From: an uncultured Clostridia bacterium
Lineage (GTDB): Bacteria; Bacillota; Clostridia; TANB77; CAG-508
Assembly (NCBI GenBank): GCA_934149075.1
Contig: CAKPDR010000009.1
Location: 1,565-65,564, forward strand
Reading direction: 5' to 3'
Length of the DNA: 64,000 nt
Shown: positions 47,430 to 57,403 of the stretch, in pieces
Position numbering within the stretch: position 1 is the first letter of the stretch
Layout: each line of letters starts with the position of its first letter
Translations under genes and position numbers: made by a program
The notes under the pieces: generated by a model
Database searches by the model: none
What the model saw: the letters and a program-made list of their open reading frames with translations, nothing else
Told to the model about the DNA's origin: nothing

Positions 47430-48765
47430 TATTTGGAATGCTTTAAGCAGTGAAAACGAAGAACTTTTGAATTTATTAATGATTCCTGGTGGGATTATTG
47501 AATCATATCTTTTTATGAATTTATTTTTAAATTTGTTTAATGTAAAAAGTTCAAAAAAAGAAAAGATTCAATATGTTCTACTACTGTTTATAATAAGTAC
47601 ATTCACATTGAATATTATTCCTTCGCCTTATAACGTATTAATAAACTACATTGTCTCAATATGTTTAATATATTTTATATTTAAACTTGGTTTTTTAAAG
47701 AGCTTTATTTCTTCAATTATCCCAAGCTTTATATTAGGAATATTAAACACTCTATTGCAAAACCATTATTTAACCTTATTTAATATTGATCCTACCAAAT
47801 TTATAAGTACACCTATTTGTAGAATACCATATTTAGTAATTTTATATTCATGCATGTGTCTTATAAATGTGCTTGTAAAAAGATTCAGACAAATAAACTT
47901 AGATTTAATCGACAGCCTGGATACCAGAACTCTAATTATACTTATTATAAATTTATGTATTGGTTTTTTAACATTATGTATTCAACTTATAGTTACTACT
48001 TTTTATATTGATATTGTCCCTATCATTATTACTGTTTTAAATTTTATATTGTTAGCATCCTTCCTGCTATTAAGTATTTATAGTTTCTCACGTATGATTA
48101 AATTATCAAATACAAAACGAGATCTGCAAATAGCTGAAGAATATAATAAATCCTTGGAAATTTTATATGATAAAGTCAAAGGATTTAAGCATGATTTTAA
48201 TAATATCGTTTCTACATTAGATGGATATATAGAAAATAATGATATGAATGGTCTAAAAGAATATTTTGAAGATGTAAAAAAAGATTGTAAAATTACCAAT
48301 AATCTTTCATTAATAAATCCCAGAATTATTAATGACCCTGGAATATATAGTCTATTAAATAATAAATATTTTAAAGCTACAAGTTTAGGAATCTCATTTG
48401 ACATTGAGTTCTTTTTAAATCTATCTAATTTAAAAATAAATAAGTACCATTTTTCAAGAATTCTTGGAATATTAATTGATAACGCTATTGAAGAAGCCGA
48501 AAAATGCACTCAAAAAGTAGTAAGAATATCTTTTATAAACGAGGAAAGGAACAATAGGGCTGTAATTTGTGTAAAAAATACATATTTAAATAAAGATGTA
48601 GACTTAGAAAAAATATTTGAAAAAGGATTATCCAGCAAGGAAAATCATTCAGGTATTGGATTATGGGAAGTTAGAAAATATGTTAAAAAAGGTAAAAATC
48701 TAGATTTGTATACAAGTAAAGATAATAAATATTTTAAACAAGAATTATTTATATACAATTTATAG
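47410..48765 (+). CDS. AgrC-like sensor histidine kinase (HPK10 subfamily)
   Basis: Polytopic N-terminal sensor, then a GHKL ATPase C-terminus (LGILIDNAIEEA..NHSGIGLWEV); start taken at the ATG after GGAGGT; overlaps the regulator stop. Confidence 0.85.
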   Translation: MMQFVNNIWNALSSENEELLNLLMIPGGIIESYLFMNLFLNLFNVKSSKKEKIQYVLLLFIISTFTLNIIPSPYNVLINYIVSICLIYFIFKLGFLKSFISSIIPSFILGILNTLLQNHYLTLFNIDPTKFISTPICRIPYLVILYSCMCLINVLVKRFRQINLDLIDSLDTRTLIILIINLCIGFLTLCIQLIVTTFYIDIVPIIITVLNFILLASFLLLSIYSFSRMIKLSNTKRDLQIAEEYNKSLEILYDKVKGFKHDFNNIVSTLDGYIENNDMNGLKEYFEDVKKDCKITNNLSLINPRIINDPGIYSLLNNKYFKATSLGISFDIEFFLNLSNLKINKYHFSRILGILIDNAIEEAEKCTQKVVRISFINEERNNRAVICVKNTYLNKDVDLEKIFEKGLSSKENHSGIGLWEVRKYVKKGKNLDLYTSKDNKYFKQELFIYNL

Positions 48766-48881
48766 GGGTAATGTTTTAATTACCTCTTTTTTTGATGTGC
48801 CCAAAAAAAGAAAACTTCTTATGAAGTTCCCTTCTCTTGAATTGATTTTTAATGTTTAAGAACATTATCTTTTATAGGAAA

Positions 48882-49001
48882 TTAATCCTTTTTTATTAGA
48901 GATGCTGGCATTTTTGGTTGATGTCCCCACCAAAAAATATAACATGCAGTATTTGTTGATTTGGCATATTTTTCAGCCATTTTAGCTAATAATTTCATCA
49001 T
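48882..49001 (-). CDS. agrD: AgrD-like autoinducing-peptide precursor, 39 aa
   Basis: MKLLAKMAEKYAKSTNTACYIFWWGHQPKMPASLIKKD: amphipathic leader, then a Cys for thiolactone formation, then a charged recognition tail; RBS GAAGGGGGAA; directly downstream of agrB. Confidence 0.6.
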   Translation of the reverse strand: MMKLLAKMAEKYAKSTNTACYIFWWGHQPKMPASLIKKD

Positions 49002-49074
49002 AATTAATTCCCCCTTCTTTTGTAAAAATTTATATAACATAAGAGCAGTTGCAATGACTCTTATATTAATCAAT

Positions 49075-49686
49075 TTAAATATTTGCATATAGTTCATGTC
49101 CATATTTATTATCTGTAATTTTATATGCAAATCTTGTTATTGTTAAAGTCTGTATAAAATCTCCAAATATTATTATTCCTACAATCGTAGTATTACTTAT
49201 GAAGATAGCAATTATAAATTCAATAGTCAAAGTTATATATGAAAAAATTTGCTTTTGTTTTCTTTCTTTCTCCATTAGTATTGGAACATTTTCTGTATCT
49301 GCTGGTGCATATAATTTTATCATTATCATACAAAATGTCCAAACTGTAAATGCAGTAATATATTTTGTTATACCAGTTAGGATTATATATTTTCCAAGTA
49401 ATGCTGAACCACTATATAAAATCAAAGTATAAATTATACAACCAATGTGTGTTTTCATATGAACTCCACCTGAAAAACCTCTATATGGTGCAATAATTAA
49501 CATCGAAACTAAAGTTAATTTGAATATTCCTAGGAAATATGCAATTATTAAAATAATTACTCCTTTAGGTAATTCACCTATTATATTTTGTAGTCCATAC
49601 ATTATTATCTCTGCTCGTTCGTCATCAATCTCTGGCATTTCTTTTCTGATTCTATTTGTTAGATATGTGCAGATTTTATCAATCAC
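49075..49686 (-). CDS. agrB: Accessory gene regulator B (AgrD-processing membrane peptidase), with a GTG start
   Basis: 203 aa polytopic; the catalytic His/Cys pair is in context ..PYRGFSGGVHMKTHIGCIIYT.. Confidence 0.8.
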   Translation of the reverse strand: MIDKICTYLTNRIRKEMPEIDDERAEIIMYGLQNIIGELPKGVIILIIAYFLGIFKLTLVSMLIIAPYRGFSGGVHMKTHIGCIIYTLILYSGSALLGKYIILTGITKYITAFTVWTFCMIMIKLYAPADTENVPILMEKERKQKQIFSYITLTIEFIIAIFISNTTIVGIIIFGDFIQTLTITRFAYKITDNKYGHELYANI

Positions 49687-49906
49687 TTTTCACACCTCTC
49701 TTTTATCTTAAGTACATACTTAATTTATCATCTTTTTACGCATTTTGTTCATTTATGTCATAAAACCTTTTCTGTATTTAATAAAAAGCGGTTTCCTTCA
49801 TTTCATATATATTTTAGGCATTTTCATAAATTTTCCATTTTTTAATTAGACATCAAAAAAGAACGATTCTTAGATTTCACATTCATCCAAAATCGTTCTA
49901 AAATAT

Positions 49907-50593
49907 TTAAATTTTCACTTCTCTTAAAATACACCAAGTCCCATTACTTTCTGGCAAGCATTTAAAAGTAATCTCTTCTTTGCTCACTGGATGTTCTATT
50001 GTAAGCTCATATGCCCATAATGCTATTTGCTTTCCCTTTCCTCTTGTGCCATATTTTTGATCTCCAAAAATACTATGTCCTGAATGCGCAAGTTGCACTC
50101 TTATTTGATGATGTCTACCTGTATGTAAGTTTACTTTTACCAAAGATAAATTTTTCACCTCATTATATTTCAAAACTTCATAATCCAATTTGGCAAGTTT
50201 TGCATTTTTCTTATCCTTGTTAACAACTCTACTCATATTATTTCTTTCATCTTTATATAAGTAATCTTCTAATGTTCCTTTAGTTTGTTCAAATTCACCA
50301 TCAACAACAGCTAAATATTTCTTTTTAAATATTTTCTCTCGTACTTGATTACTCAATCTCGAAGCAGCCTTTGATGTTTTTGCAAATACCATAACTCCTC
50401 CAACAGGTCTATCTAATCTATGAACTAACCCCAGATAAACATTCCCAGGCTTATTGTATTTTTCTTTTAAAAAGCTTTTTATAATTGTAAGCATATCCAT
50501 ATCTTCTGTTTTATCCGCTTGTGAGGGAATATTGGGTTCTTTTTTTACAACAATTATATGATTATCTTCATATATTACATCTAACTTTTGCAT
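49907..50593 (-). CDS. RluA-family pseudouridine synthase (start at the internal ATG after GGAGA)
   Basis: Catalytic motif HRLDRPVGGVMVFAKT, ..GRHHQIRVQLA..; the ORF-track extension MYPVHFFPEGEK is read from the palindrome. Confidence 0.8.
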   Translation of the reverse strand: MQKLDVIYEDNHIIVVKKEPNIPSQADKTEDMDMLTIIKSFLKEKYNKPGNVYLGLVHRLDRPVGGVMVFAKTSKAASRLSNQVREKIFKKKYLAVVDGEFEQTKGTLEDYLYKDERNNMSRVVNKDKKNAKLAKLDYEVLKYNEVKNLSLVKVNLHTGRHHQIRVQLAHSGHSIFGDQKYGTRGKGKQIALWAYELTIEHPVSKEEITFKCLPESNGTWCILREVKI

Positions 50594-50606
50594 CTTTTCT
50601 CCTTCT

Positions 50607-50637
50607 GGGAAAAAATGTACCGGGTACAAAATTTCCC
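50607..50637. repeat. Third copy of the 31-bp palindrome (GGGAAAAAATGTACCGGGTACAAAATTTCCC)
   Basis: Nearly self-complementary; same family as 35279-35350. Confidence 0.5.
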
Positions 50638-50644
50638 ATATTTT

Positions 50645-51508
50645 TTAATCTTCCCATCTTCCAAAAATTCCACAAGGAAGTATAAGTTTTGAATCTTCCA
50701 TTGGTAATCCAATTTCTCCTGAAGATACTTTTCCTCTGTGTTTTTTAGAAACTGTTAAATTTAAAATGTTTTCTAAAACTTTGCTTGAAATCCCTGTTGT
50801 ATATGAGTTTATTAAAAAGAATAATGGTTTGTCTGAAAGTACTTTAGAACATAATTCAACTAAATCATATATATTATTCTCAAATTGCCATACTTCTCCA
50901 TTTGCTCCTCTACCATATGATGGCGGATCCATTATTATTGCATCATATTTATTTCCTCTACGTATTTCTCTATTAACAAATTTAACAACATCATCAACTA
51001 TGTATCTAACTGGTCTTTCAGATAAACCTGATGATACAATATTTTCCTTAGCCCATGTCACCATTCCTTTTGAACTATCTACATGACACACTGATGCTCC
51101 TGCATAACTACATGCTACTGTTGCACCTCCAGTATATGCGAATAAATTAAGCACCTTTATTTCTCTATTTGAGTTTTGAATTTTGTTTATCATCCAATCC
51201 CAATTTACCGCTTGTTCTGGAAATAATCCTGTATGTTTGAATCCCATTGGCTTTATATTAAATGTTAATTTTTTATATTTTATTTGCCACTGTTGTGGGA
51301 CTTTCTTCTTATATTCCCATGCACCACCACCTGTTTTGCTTCTATGATATGTTGCATTTATGTTTTTCCACTTCTCTGGATATGTTTTATCTTTCCAAAT
51401 TATTTGTGGATCTGGTCTTGATAATATTACATCTCCCCACTTTTCTAACTTTTTACCATCTGCCATATCTAATATTTTATAATCTTTCCAATCATTTGCT
51501 ATGTTCAT
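50645..51508 (-). CDS. Class I SAM-dependent methyltransferase (RlmI/YwbD-like catalytic domain)
   Basis: ..VLNLFAYTGGATVA..(SAM motif I), ..IIMDPPSYGRG.. (motif IV, DPPxY). Confidence 0.7.
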   Translation of the reverse strand: MNIANDWKDYKILDMADGKKLEKWGDVILSRPDPQIIWKDKTYPEKWKNINATYHRSKTGGGAWEYKKKVPQQWQIKYKKLTFNIKPMGFKHTGLFPEQAVNWDWMINKIQNSNREIKVLNLFAYTGGATVACSYAGASVCHVDSSKGMVTWAKENIVSSGLSERPVRYIVDDVVKFVNREIRRGNKYDAIIMDPPSYGRGANGEVWQFENNIYDLVELCSKVLSDKPLFFLINSYTTGISSKVLENILNLTVSKKHRGKVSSGEIGLPMEDSKLILPCGIFGRWED

Positions 51509-51626
51509 ATTTAATCCATTCCTTTTTTATAAATTTCTTTTAATGCTATTATATCATACAAATTTAGAAAAAACACTAAATATATTTTTGCTTGATTTAA
51601 ACAAATTCTATACTTAGTGCTTTTCT

Positions 51627-52613
51627 CTATTTGTATAAATATTGTTGTGGATTTATTGCTGTTCCATCCACTCTTATTTCTAAATGTAAATGTGGTCCTG
51701 TTGTATTTCCTGTCATTCCAACAGCTGCAATAACATCTCCTGCATTGATTTGTTGTCCAACTGATGCGTATAACACTTTACAGTGTGCATACCATGTTTC
51801 AACACCATTTCCATGTGAAATTTTTATTAGATTTCCATATGGTCCACTTTTTTGTGCAAATATAACTGTTCCATCTGCTACCGCTTTTATTTGAGTTCCT
51901 ATAGAACATGCAATATCTGTACCAGTATGTGCTCCTGATCTAATACTACTTATAGCACCAAATCTAGATGTAATATTTCCTTGTACAGGTGCTACTGCTA
52001 ATAATATTCCATTTATAGATGGCATTTTGCTCTTTTGGTCTTGTTCTATAAGTACTGCTACTTTTTCTTCTACCTGTGTTTGTGCAACTTGTACTGTTTC
52101 TAAATTTATTTCTTCAATATTTTCTGTATAGTTTTCTGTTACACTTAAATCTAGTTGAATAGTATCATTTTGATGTTCTTCTTTTATTTGATTTATTGCC
52201 TGTTCTGCTTCTTCAATATTGTCTACTAATCCCACTGTTTCATTATTTAAGTTTACTGCATAATATTTATACATTATTCTCGCTTTTTCTTTTAAAGCTA
52301 ACATTATTTCTTCTTCATTCGTTTCTTGTTTTCTGCTTACTAATTTCAATTCATAATTTGGCATTTCATTTAATGAAACAAAATCTATATTTTTGCCTTC
52401 CATTTCTATAATTTCTTTTTGTATTCTTTCTTTTAATTCTGTTTCATTTTCTACGTAACCTATCTCCTGACCAGATAATGTTACCATATAGGTCGTTTTG
52501 TATTTTAATAAAATAATCGCTATTATTAATCCTAACGCTATTGCCATTATGCTAAAAAGTTTGCAACTTTCCTTAGTATAATATTTTATTTTCTTTTTTA
52601 AAATAATATACAC
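51627..52613 (-). CDS. M23-family peptidoglycan metalloendopeptidase (membrane-anchored)
   Basis: C-terminal LytM domain: HTGTDIA.., HGNGVETWYAHC, GPHLHLEIR. Confidence 0.8.
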   Translation of the reverse strand: MYIILKKKIKYYTKESCKLFSIMAIALGLIIAIILLKYKTTYMVTLSGQEIGYVENETELKERIQKEIIEMEGKNIDFVSLNEMPNYELKLVSRKQETNEEEIMLALKEKARIMYKYYAVNLNNETVGLVDNIEEAEQAINQIKEEHQNDTIQLDLSVTENYTENIEEINLETVQVAQTQVEEKVAVLIEQDQKSKMPSINGILLAVAPVQGNITSRFGAISSIRSGAHTGTDIACSIGTQIKAVADGTVIFAQKSGPYGNLIKISHGNGVETWYAHCKVLYASVGQQINAGDVIAAVGMTGNTTGPHLHLEIRVDGTAINPQQYLYK

Positions 52614-52877
52614 TCTCCTTTTTAACGCGACCGTTTTCTATTATACCATAATTTTACCTTTTTGGCAAATTATGTATCCTTCATAAGCCGTTTTTAGAAG
52701 TTTTTTACCTTTTTTAGCCTTTTTTATTATGTCATTTGTGTATATTTTATTCATTTTTTCTCAATTTTATTCATTTTTTCTATGTTTTTCTATGTTTTTA
52801 ATTCATCTATTATCACATCTTGAAGAATATTCAAAAGTATGTTATTCTTATTTATATTATATGAAAAGGATTATATT

Positions 52878-53732
52878 ATGAAAAAATTAATTGTACCAAA
52901 TAAATATGATGGAAAAAAACTTTCAAAATTTATATTAGATAGTTTTCCTCACTTATCTCCAAACATGCTATATAAAGCTTTACGTCAAAAAGATATAAAA
53001 ATTAATGGAACACGAACTAATAAAGATTGTACTATATATGTAGGAGATGAAATTCTTGTTTATATTGCAGATAACTTTCTTTGTCCAAGTATTAATTTAG
53101 ATATAGTTTTTGAAGATGAAAATATTTTAATTATAAATAAACCATCAAATATTGAAGTTACTGGTAATGACAGTTTAACTACAAATGTTCATATCCAATA
53201 CTCTAACTCAGATTTCTTACCTATGCCTTGTCATAGATTAGATAGAAATACTACTGGTTTAGTTTTATTTGCTAAAAATGAGGATTCTCTAAATATTTTA
53301 CTTGAAAAATTTAAAAATCACGAAATTCAAAAAAAATATTTGGCTTTAGTCTATGGAATTCCAAAAGTAAAAAAAGCAAGACTTGAAGCTTACTTATTTA
53401 AAGATAACAAAAAATCAATTGTATATATTTCTGATACTTTTAAAACTGGATATAGTAAAATTATTACTTCATATTCTGTTATCAAAGAATATGATAACAA
53501 TTCTTCTTTATTAGAAGTAGAAATTGAAACTGGTAAAACTCATCAAATTAGAGCTCATTTGGCTCATATTGGTTATCCTATTATTGGTGATGGTAAATAT
53601 GGTATTAATTCTGTTAATAAAGACTTTGGTTTTAAGTTTCAGCAACTAAAAGCTTATGAATTAACATTTAATTTTAGAACAGACTCAAAGTGTTTGAATT
53701 ATTTAAACGGAAAAACTTTTTCTTTGAAATAA
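52878..53732 (+). CDS. RluC/RluD-type pseudouridine synthase (S4 domain plus RluA catalytic domain)
   Basis: S4-like N-terminus, catalytic HRLDRNTTGLVLFAKN, ..GKTHQIRAHLAHIGYPIIGDGKYG; start at the ATG after AGGA. Confidence 0.85.
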   Translation: MKKLIVPNKYDGKKLSKFILDSFPHLSPNMLYKALRQKDIKINGTRTNKDCTIYVGDEILVYIADNFLCPSINLDIVFEDENILIINKPSNIEVTGNDSLTTNVHIQYSNSDFLPMPCHRLDRNTTGLVLFAKNEDSLNILLEKFKNHEIQKKYLALVYGIPKVKKARLEAYLFKDNKKSIVYISDTFKTGYSKIITSYSVIKEYDNNSSLLEVEIETGKTHQIRAHLAHIGYPIIGDGKYGINSVNKDFGFKFQQLKAYELTFNFRTDSKCLNYLNGKTFSLK

Positions 53733-53755
53733 ATATCTTTATTTCGCCCATTAAT

Positions 53756-53792
53756 AAAATTCGCCCAGTATAACTAGGCGAATTTTATTTTT
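53756..53792. terminator. Bidirectional intrinsic terminator (AAAATTCGCC..GGCGAATTTT hairpin with flanking T/A runs) between convergent genes
   Basis: Perfect 10-bp stem with TTTTATTTTT downstream. Confidence 0.6.
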
Positions 53793-53800
53793 AATACTCT

Positions 53801-54685
53801 TTACTCCTTATTCTTTTCTGCATTGCTATTAAAATTTTCTCTTATCATTTCAACTAATAGATTTAATTCCTTAAATCTATTGGAATTTAAATACATTCCA
53901 AATTCTACCTTTCCTAATCCAATATCATTATTAACTTCAATTAAGTTAAATTTTTCCCATTCCCAATCATATAAATATTCTGCTGTTACTACACCAATTA
54001 CCATTCCTTCATTCACTAAACGAACTATTGACCTATAATTACTAACTTTCAATTCTAAATTTGAATTTTTTGCTAGCTCTTTAATTCTTTTTGTTGTTTG
54101 CTCATATTCTCTTGGTATATAAATTAATTTTCCATTCAAATTATCCAATGTTAAAGTCTTATTTGCCATATCTGATTTTTTATTTACAATGAATGTTTCA
54201 TGCATATGTCCCAATCTAATAAACTTAAGACCATATGGTACTTCTGTATTATATTTTTTGGCAAATACTATGTCAATTTCCTTATTTTTCAATTTTCTTA
54301 ATAACTCATTTATCTCTTCACATATTAAATTTAAATTAACATCTGGATATTTTAGAGTATATTGATTTATTGCTTGTCCAAAAATCAATCCTCCCATATG
54401 ATTATGTGTTCCAATATTAATTGATTTATCTTTTCCAACTTTTTCATCTATTTTATTAAGTTCTTCTATAGGATTTTTCAGCATTTCATATAATTTTTTT
54501 CCTTCTTCTGTCAAAGCAACCCCTTTACTTTTTCTTTTTAATAATTTCATAGATAACTGATTTTCTAAATTTTTAATTTGTTTTGTAATAGCTGGTTGTG
54601 AAATATTTAATTTATCACTTGCTTTTGTTATGTTTTCTTCATTTGCTACTACAACAAAAATTCTATATAATTCAAAATCTATCAT
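53801..54685 (-). CDS. LysR-family transcriptional regulator
   Basis: N-terminal HTH (FVVVANEENITKASDKLNISQPAITKQIKNLE), C-terminal LysR substrate-binding domain. Confidence 0.85.
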   Translation of the reverse strand: MIDFELYRIFVVVANEENITKASDKLNISQPAITKQIKNLENQLSMKLLKRKSKGVALTEEGKKLYEMLKNPIEELNKIDEKVGKDKSINIGTHNHMGGLIFGQAINQYTLKYPDVNLNLICEEINELLRKLKNKEIDIVFAKKYNTEVPYGLKFIRLGHMHETFIVNKKSDMANKTLTLDNLNGKLIYIPREYEQTTKRIKELAKNSNLELKVSNYRSIVRLVNEGMVIGVVTAEYLYDWEWEKFNLIEVNNDIGLGKVEFGMYLNSNRFKELNLLVEMIRENFNSNAEKNKE

Positions 54686-54760
54686 TATATCACTCCCATA
54701 TTTTTATATCACAAAAGCATGAAATACTCAAGATATTTCATGCTTTTTAACTGTTGAAAA

Positions 54761-55747
54761 CTAATTTAATAAACCTAACAGCTTATTAAAAGCTTCCTTC
54801 ATTTGATGATTATCACATTCATTTAAGTTAAAATGAATATTTTTGTTTTTACATCCAGACAAATGCAAAAATAAATTTGTGGATAAGAACAAGCTAAACA
54901 CACCTTCTTGACAATTTCCTTTTTTAAAATAGATACACTTGCTCGTACAATATTCTGAATACTTTGCACCTCTTGTTGAGTCTTTTACTTGTATCCATCT
55001 TTTTCCTCTGATATATAAACTCATTGGAATTCCATGGTCTTTACCAATAAACCCCGTTGTCCATTCTTTTTCAGAGTCACTTGATATACTTTCTAAAAAA
55101 TCGTAAAAATTTTTCATTGGAACAAAAAGTTTTTTCCATAATTCAAAAGCTTCTTTTCCTTCTACTTTTTTACCACACCCTAAATATTCTGAAAATCTGT
55201 TTAAATCTAACAATTTAACATTTACATGTAATTCGTCAATGGCTTTTATTATAAGTTCATTTATCTCATATTTATTTAGTGATGTTACAACTACATTATA
55301 TCTTACTGAAATTCCTTTTTCTTTAAGCTCTCGTGTTATGTTTATGACATTTTCTGAAAGAAATTTTGGAAAATGAACTCCATTCAAGTTCTCAGATATA
55401 CTGTCAACACTAAAAATTACATCTAATCTTTTTTGATATTTTGTAAGAATATCAATATGTTTTAAAATCATATACCCATTTGTATTAATTCTTATTTTAG
55501 TATCATTAAAACTCATAATAAACTCTATTAGTTCACCAAAATAATGTACAGCTGTAGGTTCACCACCAGTAATCCTAAAATTTGTAATTCCTACATCATA
55601 TGCGTTATTAATAACTTTTTTTATCTTACAAAATGGAATTGTTTCTTTTTTACTTGAAATACTTTCTCCTCCATTTTTACAATAAAAGCATTGATAATTG
55701 CAATAAGTTGTTATAGCTATTGCCAGTGTATTTACCCGTTTTTTCAT
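54761..55747 (-). CDS. Radical SAM protein with a Cys-rich C-terminal region (possible auxiliary-cluster/twitch-like domain)
   Basis: CNYQCFYC (CxxxCxxC) and GGEPT motifs; C-terminal CTSKC..C..C. Confidence 0.75.
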   Translation of the reverse strand: MKKRVNTLAIAITTYCNYQCFYCKNGGESISSKKETIPFCKIKKVINNAYDVGITNFRITGGEPTAVHYFGELIEFIMSFNDTKIRINTNGYMILKHIDILTKYQKRLDVIFSVDSISENLNGVHFPKFLSENVINITRELKEKGISVRYNVVVTSLNKYEINELIIKAIDELHVNVKLLDLNRFSEYLGCGKKVEGKEAFELWKKLFVPMKNFYDFLESISSDSEKEWTTGFIGKDHGIPMSLYIRGKRWIQVKDSTRGAKYSEYCTSKCIYFKKGNCQEGVFSLFLSTNLFLHLSGCKNKNIHFNLNECDNHQMKEAFNKLLGLLN

Positions 55748-55897
55748 TTAATATTACCTCCTAATAATATTAGAATCTGTTATAATAGTTTACATATATT
55801 ATGATAACATAATATTGTCTTTTTGTGAAATATATATCTGTAATATTGTTATAACTTATTGTAATATCATTATTTCCTAATTTGTTTCTATCAATTT

Positions 55898-56692
55898 TTA
55901 TTTTCCTATAAATATTTGAACATATATTTTTCCATATCTGTTACTACTTACAACTCCTATTCCAGTATAATTAAAATTACTATTTAAAATATTTGCTTTA
56001 TGCCCTGATGAATTCATCCAAGCTGTTACAGTAGAACTATTACTTGAATTTGCAGCAATATTTTCTCCTGCCGTTTTATACGAAATATTAAACTGATTCA
56101 ACATTTGAAAAGGTGTCCCATATGTTGGTGATTCATGTGCGAAATAATTATTTGATACCATATCTTGTGCTTTTATTCTAGCGACTTTCTGTACTTCTGC
56201 ATCTTCTTTTAATGGTTGAAGTCCATTATTGGTTCTTTGCTTATTTATTAAATCAAATACTTCTTTTTCACCTGAATTCATTGCAGTAGTTGTGTTCGTT
56301 GCTCCAGTACTAGTATTTCCGTCTGTACTATCATTACCTCCTGTGCTTGATGAATTGGGATAAATAGGTTTTATATATTTTTTATTTACAGCTCCTATAT
56401 AATTTCCTTCTATTTGGACTATATACCATTCTCCTACTCCTGCAAATACTCGTATATATTCATTTTTCTTTACTGTTGCAATTACATTATATTTAGTACC
56501 TGGTCCACTTCTAACGTTCAATGTTGTTGCAGTTACTAGCCCTGTTGAAAAGTCTACTTTATAATAATGTTGCATTCCAAATGATGTGGTATATTTACAC
56601 AAAACTATAGCAAATACCACTAACGTAAACATTTTTAATATATTCTGCTTTTTTACTGTTATAATCTTCATATTTATTATCATTCCCTTCAT
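55898..56692 (-). CDS. Secreted SH3b plus CAP-domain (YkwD-like, SCP/PR-1 family) protein
   Basis: N-terminal signal/TM, SH3-like repeat (ATTLNVRSGPGTKYNVIATV), C-terminal CAP domain (..NNYFAHESP.., ..GHKANILN..). Confidence 0.7.
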   Translation of the reverse strand: MKGMIINMKIITVKKQNILKMFTLVVFAIVLCKYTTSFGMQHYYKVDFSTGLVTATTLNVRSGPGTKYNVIATVKKNEYIRVFAGVGEWYIVQIEGNYIGAVNKKYIKPIYPNSSSTGGNDSTDGNTSTGATNTTTAMNSGEKEVFDLINKQRTNNGLQPLKEDAEVQKVARIKAQDMVSNNYFAHESPTYGTPFQMLNQFNISYKTAGENIAANSSNSSTVTAWMNSSGHKANILNSNFNYTGIGVVSSNRYGKIYVQIFIGK

Positions 56693-56774
56693 AAGATTAT
56701 CTTTATGATTTAATCTTATGTAATACTGAATGTCCTTTATTACTTAATTATTTCTTATAACAGTTTTCTATGTA

Positions 56775-57179
56775 TTATCCTAATTTTTCTTTTAATTTAG
56801 ATAAATTTTTCGATAAACTTATTACTTCTAATGGTATTTCAATTAATTCATTGTCTACTGCTACATAATTTATAATTTCTATATTACTTATATCTATAGC
56901 ATTTTCTAATTCTTTTATAATATAGTGAAGTTGTATACAATGTGGAGATTTATCTACTGTTGCAAAAACTATTGTTTTTATTTTTCCTCTTGCTATCATA
57001 CCAATTATTTTAGTTACTATCATATTTAAATGTTCTTTTTCTAAACACACATCATAAATATTGTCAGAAATCTTTTCTAGTTTTTTATATGCTTTTGGTT
57101 GCATTCTTTCTAAACAACTTCCTACAATTATCATTGTTTCTTGAATATCAAAGCAATTCGTTTTTAATAAATCTCTCAT
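56775..57179 (-). CDS. Hypothetical 134-aa protein
   Basis: ORF with a plausible RBS; no confident family. Confidence 0.4.
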   Translation of the reverse strand: MRDLLKTNCFDIQETMIIVGSCLERMQPKAYKKLEKISDNIYDVCLEKEHLNMIVTKIIGMIARGKIKTIVFATVDKSPHCIQLHYIIKELENAIDISNIEIINYVAVDNELIEIPLEVISLSKNLSKLKEKLG

Positions 57180-57403
57180 TTTTTATTTTCTCCCTTTCTA
57201 TTTATAATTTTCATGATTACTAACTTTAATGCTTTGCTTATTTACACTTTTCTTTGCTTTTATACAATAATATAATATATATTATCATTGTGTTCTCTTT
57301 ATTTCAATACTTTTGAAAAATTAAATAATATGAAATAGAACCATAAACAGAGCAGGAGTTAATTTCTTAACCCCTACTCTGCTTATTCATATTACGTTAC
57401 ATT

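Noticed and set aside
52740-52800. Short direct repeats (ATTTTATTCATTTTTTCT x2, ATGTTTTTCT x2) upstream of the rluD-type gene
   Set aside because: These are low-complexity AT-rich promoter-region repetition; there is no evidence of function beyond chance or slippage.
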